Assembly (NCBI GenBank): GCA_002269645.1
Contig: NIVC01004437.1
Span: 1 to 45,937 of the forward strand
Direction of reading: 5' to 3'
Origin: Macrostomum lignano
Taxonomy: Eukaryota
DNA length: 45,937 bases
The position numbers and the translations under genes are program-made. Numbering within the stretch: position 1 is the stretch's first letter; every line of letters begins with the position of its first letter. Under the pieces are notes generated by a model. That model saw only the letters and a program-made list of their open reading frames with translations. It was not told where the DNA came from and searched no databases. Positions 26,869 to 37,600 of the stretch are shown piece by piece.

Positions 26869-29800
26869 ATGCACCCATACTTGCAATCGGTTAATCCATT
26901 AACAATCGCCATTGCAATATTAGTCGGCGTACTTGTGCTGGTATGGTTCTGCTGGTATAGTCCAAATTTAACGCCGGTGAGTATAAAACCCGTAGACATT
27001 GTTTACGATTTCAGCCTTTTTAGAGGTGAATCAGATGAATCAGACGAAATGTAATACAGAGTAATACGGAAACTACGAGTCAACAGTACAAATGACTCCA
27101 ACTCTTACCTCTCCCTCCTCCGCAGTCTGCCGATGCTTCAAGCAAAAAACGCAAGAGAAAGAAAAAAAACAAGAACAAAGCAACATCGGTAAGTTATCGT
27201 CAAATCACCATATCTAATCTTAGATGCGCTTCTTAACCAGCCTAAATAACCAGTGCTTTTTCTAGCAGCCAAACCAAAGTGACATCAGTCAACTTGACGC
27301 CGACAAGCAGACTACAACGGAGAGCAACACCAATGTGGAAAGCATGAGCTCCGTAGGAACGTCTCCGGAACGTCGAGCTTTCTGGGTTCAAAAAGTGAAA
27401 ATCAGAATCCCTCTTCTGACAGGGATTTAAGTACAAGTACATCAAGCCAACAGAGAGATGGCCAAAGTGGACTCTTGCTGGTGAAACCTGCCACTGACGA
27501 AATTGAAGACTATCCAGCACAGTACACGGAAAAACACACGACGCCTTCGCTTAACTCTACGAACCGTAAGTGACGATACGAGCTACAGTGTCAGGGTTTT
27601 CCGATATAAAAGACAGGCGCTGATTTATAGAATCTTTAAATAAAAAAATAGGTTTCGAGCTGCTGGATCAGCTGGAGAATTCAGATGCAGAGGACAACAA
27701 CATCAACACTGACAATTTTGATAGCATCATGTTAAAAAAGCGTAAGTTTTTTTGTTTTGAATTAATGAATGAATAGTTCAACTATTCTGGACAAACGTTT
27801 TTTCAAACTCAAACTACAGATCCACCGCTTCGAAGCGAGAAGGCATTTCACGAGCTTTCACGGGACCAAAAGTTTTTTGTGTACTTGCTATGCAAGAATA
27901 TCAAGGAGTCGACCCACGTCGATTTCAAAACATCCGTGAACGAGTCTAGTGACTGGAAGTTCCGTATGCTCAAGACCGCCTGTTCCATGTACAACGGACT
28001 TCACCCGGACCTGAGGGAGCCCAGCTTGACTGACAAGTCCTGTTTCAGCTCCTACATTGTTTATGGCGTGAAGGAGCTTGACAGAAAGACTGGTGACAAG
28101 AAGCACGAATTTGCTCCTCTTTCAAAGTACCCGGGCGAGGAAGAGATCCAGGATTGTTTCCGAAACAATACCACTCCATTTGTGAAATGCTATTTTCACC
28201 TAATCCGTTTTGATTCTGAGCTTTGTCTGAAGAACATGGGACTCACTATTCCAGCAGGTAGCTACGGCATACTAGAGATCCCTAGAGGTGAGTCCGGTCC
28301 GGCTGTGTTCAGGGACTGCCGTGCGAAGTCGACTGCCGACGCTTCTCGAAAAAGCAAATCCGAAAAACAATCAAAGCGACTGTTGTATGCAAGAAGCGAT
28401 GCACAGAACGTGCAAGAGTGTAACTGGGATGACGACTTTAGAAACTTGGTCTATTCTCAATTTGAATCAAAATGTGACGTAAGCCAGCTGTACTGGGCGA
28501 AAGAAGACATTATTCAAGCCAAAAACGCATTCCGAGTCTTGATAATCACAAAGTTTTCTGCAGCAAAGAACGCTAGAGAGCGTGAAACTCTTGCAAAGTC
28601 GCTTGGTCGAGGCACGTGGGACGTAGTTTCGGATTTCGATAGGGATAGCCGCAAGGAAGGAGGCATCTTCACCTTTATGGAAGAAGAAATGCGCAAGTTA
28701 GGTCGACTGAGCACGGTAAAGTCGTGGGAGGACCTTTCCACTCTGCAGACCCACGACATTGAAGAGTGCCAAAGCGGTCATCGAACAATTTACGTTCAAG
28801 TGATGGGATGCAGCGAGACAGGCAAAGCAGGACCGACTAATGAACACAAGCTCAAGAAGCTGCTGAGAACAAACTTGCTAAATGCCATATTTGAGAAGAA
28901 CCAGCGTCCTAGACCAGTGTTGTGTACGTCTCTATGCCTCTGCACCTCATTTTTGGAAATTGAAAATTTACCAATGAGTCCCACAGACGCTGAGTGCCAT
29001 CTAAGAGAGGCATTCTTGTCCGAGTCTAACAATGAAGATGCCTTTAAAGCGTATACCATGTACGTTCAGCAGCAAGTGCTATCCGGCCTAAGCGATCAGC
29101 TAAGGAAAGTCTATAAGAATCAAAGTCTGCAAGAACACTTGATTCTCGTTCCTGTGAATCAGTTATGCCATCTATTTGAGTCTATTTATCCTTCAATGGT
29201 TGCACTGAAACAATACGAGCTGCCTGGAAAGCACGGCCAAATATCTTTGGCTCGCGAGCAGTTCGCGACGTTTAAACCGTACCTCCGGCTTTACCACATC
29301 CAGTCTGGTCAGTCCAAGTACCTCAGCAAGGCCCTCGATCAGAAGGAACAGTACACTAATCAAGTTCGCCGTCAGTTCTTAGCTGGAAACGAACTCACAA
29401 AGGAGATGCTCCATCTGCATGATGAGTTACGATACCAAAACAGTGGAATATATGTTGAGCGAAGACAAGTTGAGACGCAGAAAGAAAAAGTGAGCAAATC
29501 TCTTAGCCATTGCGGCAACCGTTCTTTCACAAACTGGGACACCAACGTCAGGCAGATCATTCGCTTACCTCATGAGGCAGTATCTGGTGCGTCAACGATC
29601 GCCAAAATCGTGCTTTGGCGTCTTCGTAAAGAGTACCCTTGCATTGAAGTGAAGTGCTTCGATCGAATGCAGGAAGTGTCTGAAGGTATTTGTACCCTGC
29701 ACAAGAAGACAGAGCTACCTGTCCTAGTGCTGTTCGACTCTAAGGAATTCCCACACTCATCTGTTCACGCGTTTGCGTCAGAGTTGAACAGGCGCGTTTC

Positions 29801-31992
29801 TGCGCCAAGATTTGTTGCCGTTTGCGTGGAGCAAGTTCAGTCCAATAAAGAAACTAACAGGAAACGGTGCTACTTTGAGATTCCAGTTTTGACGGCAAAA
29901 CTTAGCCAGACGAGGCAAATGCATTCACAAAAATCTACATGGAATCCGGAGGCGATGAGAATCGCAAGTTGACGGACAAAGTCGAAAAGGAAACTGATCG
30001 AACACCGTTCCTTTTCGGCGTCTGGCACTTTAGAAAGGATTATGTGAAGATTAACGTTTTTATTCAGTCTCTTCTAGAGGATTGTGAAAATAAAAAGAAT
30101 TCTCTTCTGCGCTTTGCCTGCCTGACGAAGTACTTCACGCACTCATCTTTGAACTTATCGATAGCCGCCAAATTTCTGGACCTTCCTCCAGAGCAGAAGG
30201 ATCCTTTACAGGTGTTGGAACACTTGGAAGAACAGCGATATCTATTAACTGTGAAAAGAATGCGGAAAGGATGGGGGTTGGCCCCAATATCGATTGTCGG
30301 CGAGAAAATTCTTGAATATCTTTTTGAAGATATCAGTCCTATCGAGCGAGAAGGAGAACAAGTCAGAATGTTTGTGAGCAGTCTGTGCAAAATGGGTGAA
30401 GAAGGACCCGACTCTCTGCTTTCCTGCTTGACCTACCTGGTACGAAGGTTGATTTCTTGCCAGAAAAGGACAAAACATCCTAAGTTAACTGACTTCTTCA
30501 TGACTCTTCACGAGAACCTTCCATTGGAAGAAATTGAGCGCATATTCACGAGACTAGCAAATGCTTTTCCAGAAACAAAGTCTCACACGCTGGTCCACTT
30601 TGCTCGCTATGTTGCATACCACCAGAAGGATCATACAAAATCTATCGTTTTTGTCCGTAAGGCATTGGACATAACTGAAGATGCGACATTCTTCTCGGAC
30701 ACAACTTGCACTGATGATGTAGTCCTTGGTTTATCCGCTCACCTCATTAACTGTCGCGTGAGCTCCGGTCCAGAGATATCTTTTCAAGAGGCTCAGGCGT
30801 GGGCTGTCGAAAGCATTCGCCTGTGCAAGAAGATTCAAAAAAGAGTTCCCGCAAAGTCAACTGGAGATTTCGTTTACAAAGCGCACCCGTTTGTTTACGA
30901 AATTCAGGCGCAGCGCATACTGCTAAATCGTTTCTTCGAAACTGAGTGTCACTCTGACAGCGAAATTTACTTTCAGGAGATTGAAAACGACTGCTTCTGT
31001 GTTGCTAGAGAAGCACATCAGAAAATAATTGAGAATGTTTTAAACCTGGAGAAGATGCATGAAGAAGGCGAAGTGGACTCGGAAACGCTAACCGAAAAGG
31101 ATATGGGAAAACTAAATGATGCAAAAGAAGAATTTATCAGCCGCTATCGCTTCTCTCAATCGGCCATCAATGCAAGCAGCGTGAAGCTTCGAACAGACAT
31201 CAAGGACAATGCCTATGCGTGGACGATTGTGGATGTGTACACCCAGAGCAAGAAGGCATCTAAGGATTCGGCTCTATGGGATATTTATGAGTCCGATGAT
31301 AACAAGCTGCTGGCGCGACTTATGTGGGATCGCGTCTGGCGACTAAAAGGAGTGAATGCGAAGGACTCTGAGTCACTTTTAGAGATTTTGCTGCAGTGCA
31401 AATCGAAGCTGTCGCGTACTTACTTGGAAGCTTGTGTGCTAACTATCTTGTCTCGACCTACAAAGGACGTGCTAGAACGGGGCATTCAACTTGCTGCCGA
31501 TTGGCGAACGAAGTTCACTACTGACGTCATTGCCAATTTCATACACGGCGCGTTCTATCTGGCCTCTGCGCTCTCTCGGAAGCCAACGGATCCAAAGCGA
31601 AAAGAACATCTGCAGGAGGCCAAGCAGCTGATGGAAAGGTGCGATCGCCTGACGAAACGGGACGATCCGTGCCATCAGGGAAGCTCCAAGACATTTCCTG
31701 GACGAAACGTGCCCCGACTTGTTCTCGGCACAGGTGATAACTTGAAAGCTTTGATTTACCTACCGAGACGACGCTCGTTCGAAGAGCAACAAAAGTACAT
31801 CCTGAACGAGACTCGCTATAGAACATTCACTGGCTACCTGAACGACACCGATCGAGTGGTCTGCGAAGAACTTGACTGCTGGTGCTTCGAGTGCCCGAGA
31901 ACTCGTTGCGAAAAGAAGAATTTCGTCAAAGGCGCAAGGTGTCGTTTGCCATTGCGTTAGCCTACAGTGGACCTGTGCCTTTCATGATCTGA
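26869..31992 (+). CDS. SAMD9: SAMD9/SAMD9L-family protein (~1580 aa after repairing three 1-nt deletions): N-terminal TM anchor, AlbA/Schlafen-like domain, SIR2-like domain, STAND P-loop NTPase, TPR-like helices, C-terminal OB-fold region
   Basis: Exons 26869-26976, 27126-27188, 27266-27565, 27652-27741, 27820-31992. Motifs in SAMD9 order (human motifs recalled, not searched): HVDFK...ACSMYN...YIVYGVKE...VFRD (AlbA); WDVVSDFDRDS (cf. WFAVLEFDPES); IRLPHEAVSGASTIAKIVLWRLRKEYPC (cf. [28 protein letters not shown]); LPVLVLFD (Walker B); HFARYVAYHQKD (TPR); KVSFAIALAYSGPVPFMI* (cf. KVSFYLGFSIGGPLAYDI). Frameshifts near 27362, 29909 and 31875. The symbol denotes family, not proven orthology. Confidence 0.85.
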
Positions 31993-33269
31993 CGTCACTT
32001 TTTGGTCGATTGAAGTTTTGAGGTACATGTGACTGGTAACTACATAGTGCATAGGGATAATTTCCATCTGAAATTTATTCTGCGGCTAAGTTAAGTAAAG
32101 CAGGCAACACAAAAACAGAAAAAAAGATTTAAACTATACATCTGAAGTTGATTTTGTTAAAGTTTAAAACCCACCTTCAAGTTGACAATAAAAATATTTG
32201 TTTGGCGGAGTATCAGGAATTTCAAAACGATATTGAACGATACTATTCGATATGAATCGAGATTATATTGCCAATTTTGGCTACCAATTTCTGGAAGTTT
32301 GCCTGCCTAGGCTAAGTTTCTTTGTTTTATCAATTTTGATTAACTTGTCTGATAGATTATCCAGCTTTGCACTTTTATTCATTTTGCATGTTCACTATCT
32401 ATAAAAAGCTTTAATTTTTTAGAAAGAAAAAATAATGCAGTCAAATTTAAGCAAAATTAAATAACTGTTGCATGCGGGCCCTAGTTTTTGTGAAAAAATC
32501 TAATCTAATAAAACAAAAAGTTACTTATGAACGTTTCAATGATAGAAGTATTTTCTCTTCCGAAGTAAAAATTGTAAGAAATTATTTATTCTACGAGCTA
32601 ATAAAATCTAATTTTTTCTTTGTAATTTTTTTACTTTATCCGATGCGAAATTTAAGAGAAAGTGTTTTGTTTACTATTTGATTCTTTTTTACGAGCTATG
32701 TTTCTGTTGCGCTTCGACGAATTTCGATCGCATATTGATTCGCATATTGAAAAAAGTCGGTAAAATCTGCTTATTTTCTACAATATCAATCTAAATATAA
32801 TATATTTGGCGTTTCAATAAAAGTTGGAAAGTTACTACTTACTTACTACTTAAGTTTGGAAAGTTAGTTAAGTCCATGCTGACAGAATAATTCCACATTA
32901 ATGAATTAACTTAGGTTAGACATTACTTGGTAGATGACAAAATAACACCCTTCCAGTAATTGGTGTATGTTGATTAATATTGACGAAGTGTGACAAGAAC
33001 CGAGGTTGGGGTCATCCTAGAAGACGAAATGACGGATGACGAAATAAGTAGGAATTAAAAAAATTTATGCGTTATACTACTTGATTAGACAGCCGGTTAT
33101 GGTTGTCTATTTAGAAAAAAGATAAAATAGTTGAATAATTGTTAATTTTTTACGCATAAGGCCTGTAGAAAAGTAGTAATTAGGTAGGAAATTTTATTAT
33201 TCAAGTCGCATTTTCTATTACACCTGCCTTGGCCGGCATATGTGCAAAAGCTGCGACAGCACAGCTGTG

Positions 33270-33485
33270 GCTATTGCTGTTCAGTCGAAGGACTGGGGGG
33301 GTCGCCACACACACTCTCAGTTACCCCAGCTAATGCTGGTGCCAATTTTACAGCTGGATGAACTGAAGCAATGCAGAGAGTAAAGTGTTTTTGCTCAAGG
33401 ACACAAATTGTTCCGAGTGAGTCGAGAATCGAACCACCGGACCTTTCAGTCGTGAGTCTGACGCTCTAACCACTAGGCTACAACT
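33270..33485 (-). mobile_element. tRNA-derived SINE with Meta/V-domain-like core
   Basis: Minus strand: A box GTAGCCTAGTGGTTAGAGC, B box GGTTCGATTCT, then GTGTCCTTGAGCAA..ACACTTTACTCT...CAGCTGTAAAAT core and a (TG)n-containing tail. Core-family assignment is from memory. Confidence 0.8.
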
Positions 33486-34537
33486 GTTTCATAGCATATA
33501 GGTTTTTCCTTCACAGCTATGCAGCAAAGTCTGTCGATGTAGAAGTCAAATTATTTAATAAAACCAGACTGATATATTAGTCATTCAGAAGTCCTTGAAC
33601 CTCGCGGGAGTTGAGTTGCCAAAAAATCTTGCGACTAAAATTGGATCATGCCTTAGAACATGACTCTACAGAAGCATCGGCATTCCACTGAAATTTAGAA
33701 ATAAATAAACTACAAAGTCGATCAGTCGTGCATTGCATTTCAAATCCTAATAAAATATACATATAGTGCATATATGCAAGGAAAGAAGCCAAACGGTTAA
33801 TCGTCTTTCCAATTCAGTCTTGATAGCTAGATCATTTTTAACAGAATAACAGGTTATGCTATGCAATGGTTCACACTGAAGCTACACGTAGCCAAGCGTG
33901 TGCCAAAGTTCTTTTTATTTTAAGCCACTCTTTTCTTGGCAAAATTTTGCAAGCAGCAAATAAACTCCCGCGCTTAAGTCTCTCTGATTTGATAGCGCCT
34001 ACAGAATGTTAAATGAGAGTAGAACAGTTTTGAAAACAAGAAAAGTTCACTTTATCGCAATCGTAAAGGTAAAAATACGCCGAGCAAAATGCCATGCACC
34101 CACCACACTCGGGGCAGGTTTAAGGTCGCGGAATAAAAGAACATTAAATCAAATCGAATGCAGGCAGCTCTATACACGAATATATTTGCTGTTTAGGCCA
34201 ATAAATTTCGCAGGATAAAGAGTTGATCCTGGCCGAAGCCTACTCTCTGCGCACCTGTTCTTGGAGAGTCATATAAGCAAGCCGCCCTGGGGTCGTTTCT
34301 TTTTTCAAAAAGTGAGATACAGTATCTTATCAGCGCAGTTTAACCTTGCAGTCGAGGCTGAATGCGTGCAGTTGCCCATGAGTTTTTGGGCGAGACCCGA
34401 AAAGTCAAACAAGTGGTGTTGAGAAAACGCCCTTTGCCACAATTCCACAATCCGCGAATTTCGGTCTGATTCATGGAAAATTATTCGACCGAAAAATTGG
34501 CTCGGGGGTGGGAGGGCCGAGCTTTTAATCGGGCAGG

Positions 34538-34545
34538 TATAAAAG
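34538..34545 (+). promoter_or_regulatory. Candidate TATA box of the SLC6-like gene
   Basis: TATAAAAG about 134 bp upstream of the ATG at 34679, preceded by a G-rich element. Confidence 0.35.
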
Positions 34546-34678
34546 TGGTTGCGGTGTGCCAATTTTAGCATGGCAGAGCTGCGATAAACTTTGCAGAGCA
34601 GTAGTAGCCGTTAAATACTAATCGCAAAAAACTCCAGAGCAACAGTAGACTTGGCTGTTAAACCACTTTGATTCAGTT

Positions 34679-37600
34679 ATGACTGAGGTGGAATACGCTG
34701 GAAACAGGGTGAGCATCAAAGTTTAACAAATTCTTTATGTTCAAAAAAGTAAACTTGTTCCATAAATTTTGCTACATTCTTTCGTCCGAACAGCAACATG
34801 ACACGGACGATATTGAAGAGCCGAAGCCGCCACAGGCGTTTAGCTCGTCAGCTGCTATCGTTTTCTCCTGTCTCGGCACCGTCGTTGGCACCGGAAATAT
34901 TTGGCGATTTCCTAGAATCGCCGCCAGAACAGCGCCTCTCAGGGTGAGTCAATCTAGGAAATCCGTCATATTTGCTACTGAAGTTTCTACCGATCGGAAT
35001 CGTGTCTCCCGTGGTCTGGGGCTGCTGATTTACTAACCCATCTGCTGACATTTCCGCAACTTAAACTACTCACAGTAGCGTAATAGAAAATTTTGCGTTA
35101 TCCTTAAACTATGCCCTAATCGACAACTAAAGTTTTCACTTTTAGTTACCCAAACTTTTTTTTGCTAAACGTTAAACGCTGTTCCCGTCAAGCTGTAGTT
35201 TTAGTTCCACAAATGCGCAGTTTTATATTTATTTATATGTTGACTTTTGTAAGACCTTTAGTGGCTACATGTAGGTATCAAATGGCTAGCAAAATAAGAT
35301 TAATCACACTGCAGGTCTAGGGGATGCCATAATATTTACTAAATACCGCTATTAAGAGCTGCGTAACGACGCATTCGAACCTCAACCCGCAGGCACCCTG
35401 ATTTTTCTGGTCACGTGGTTTGTTTTTCTGTTCCTGTGGTCGTCGCCGATGCTTCTAATCGAGTACGCCATCGGGCGCTACTTCAAAAAGTCGCCGATCC
35501 AATCGTTTAGGAAGGCGATGGGCGACAAGTTTGTGTGGTGCGGCGCCTGGGTCACTTCGGTGACGTTTCTGATTAGGTAAGATCGACAGGTTTCTTACAC
35601 CAATTGATCAAGCCAGTCTGCAGTCGCAGCAGATTCAGGTTGACTTTCATAGTAGCAATAAATGAGGAAATTCTGCTATATTCGAACCAACGCCAGCTTA
35701 ATTATGATCAATTTTCTCATCGCATCAACATCGTTGGAAAAGTTACTGAAGCTCGAAACCTCTTGGACTTACAAAATAGTCATATGCAAGCGATGTGCGG
35801 TTCGCTCGAGTCTGGTTCCCTAAATTTAACGATAGGCATACAAAATGACATTCCAATAATTTTATACAGTTAAAATTCTTTCTACTATCAGTAGTTTATT
35901 CGCAGCTAGAGAGACAAAACACTTAAGGACAGAGGGTCAGAAATATATTAAAAAGTAAACTTAGCGTACTTTTTCTTCAAACTCTACTTACTCTGTAGTG
36001 TCATTAGCAAAGCCTGTGTGTCTCTGTGAAAAACGCTGAAATTTTAATTTACAAGTTCAAGAAAACTTGAGTGATATACACTAGTTCAGGGCTCGGCAAA
36101 CTTCGGCCCACGCAGGCCACATGCGGCCCGCAAAGCCTCTTTATCCGGCCCTCGGGTCCTTTAAAACTTCACAATAGCAATCTATCTCGTTTACGTCTTG
36201 TGTCTCTTCTCAGCTATCTGTCTCTACTCTCCTCTCTCTTCTCTCTCCCTTTCTCTCTCCTCTTAGCTCTCTCCCCATCTCCCCTCTCCCCATTCCCCTT
36301 CTCTCTCCTCTCTCCCCTCTCCCTTCTCCCATATTCCCCCTTCTCTCTCCTCTCTCCCCTCTCCCCTCTCCCCTTTCCCTTCTCCCCTCTCCCATCTTCT
36401 CTCTTACCTCTTCTCTCTCCCCTTTCCCCTCTCTCCTCTCTTATCTTCTCTCCCATTATCTTCTTTCTTATCTTTTCTTTCATCCCATCTCTCCTCTCCT
36501 CTGTCATCTTCTATTGTCTCACCTTTCTTCTCTCATCTGGCCCGAACCCGAAGCCCCGATTCTTTATCTGGCCCTTAAGGTAAAAATCAGCTGGCCCTTT
36601 TCACCGACCTCTGTAGTAGATTTAACAACTAATCATATTTATCATTGCCCAGCCAAGTCAAACTGTCATAAGCCGTACGTTTCACTTAGGCTCGTCGTCT
36701 CTCATTAATAGCCAACAAGGTGAAAGCCGAGGCAAACCCGACCGCTAGTAGGCAGCTAACGCATATCAATGCATAGTTCATCGGCCCCATCGATAGATTA
36801 GCCTCGATGGCCGGCTCTGAAATATCATACAAGGATAAGGGTTAATAGTTAAAAGATTTTACGTTATTTTACCTACTTACAGTAGAGCAGTTTGCATCTT
36901 ACTAAACTTTTTTTAACTCACTGTAGGCCAAGCATCTGTATCGCATCAGGAATCCTCTATTAGTATTTTTCCCACTATGATTGGGAACGTCGCTTAGAAA
37001 TGCAACTAGTAGGTGCTGCTTCGAACTGACGCTTCGATTTCTACGCGTTGTCGAGCAGAAACTGGGACTGCCGCAGTAACGGGCCGGGGAGTAGTCCCAC
37101 TGGCGCTTGCCTGCGAGTATCGCTTATGCAATTGATCCGATGCGGTCTCTTTTGAATTGTGAGAGTTCAAGGTTAGCCTATTGAGGAGATGGTCGTGGCT
37201 CAGTTTACGCAACTGGCATGGAAGGATGGGGTGGCGGTCCAAGTTTAACCTACTGGAGGAGGGGGTGGCGGCCCAAGTTTAACCAACTGGGGGAAGGGGC
37301 TGGCGGCCCAAGTTTAACCAACTGGGGGAGGGGGTGGCGGCCCAAGTTTAACCACATGGGGGAAGGGGCTGGCGGCCCAAGTTTAACCACCTGGGGGAAG
37401 GGGCTGGCGACCCAAGTTTAACCAACTGGGGGAGGGGCTGGCGACCCAAGTTTAACCACATGGGGGAAGGGGCTGGCGGCCCAAGTTTAACCACCTGGGA
37501 GAAGGGGGTCGCTGCCCAAGTTTAACCAACTGGGGGAGGGGGTCGCGGCCCAAGTTTAACCAACTGGGGGAGGGGGTGGCGGCCCAAGTTTAACCAACTG

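Noticed and set aside
27024-27050. Candidate 27-nt microexon in the SAMD9-like gene
   Set aside because: It reads AGG TGA (stop) in the required phase 0; direct 26976^27126 splicing keeps the frame.
27879-31960. Two separate genes as shown in the ORF track (697 aa and 673 aa)
   Set aside because: Adding one G at ~29909 gives LSQDEANAFTKIYMESGG and continuous SAMD9-like domain order; no splice or promoter signals between them.
32200-32800. Possible MITE suggested by cgata/tatcg-rich ends
   Set aside because: Inverted similarity is too weak in AT-rich sequence; no TSD or second copy in the window.
36071-36583. 170-aa S/L/P-rich ORF and antisense E/R/G ORFs
   Set aside because: Same MITE family; CT-rich low-complexity tract.
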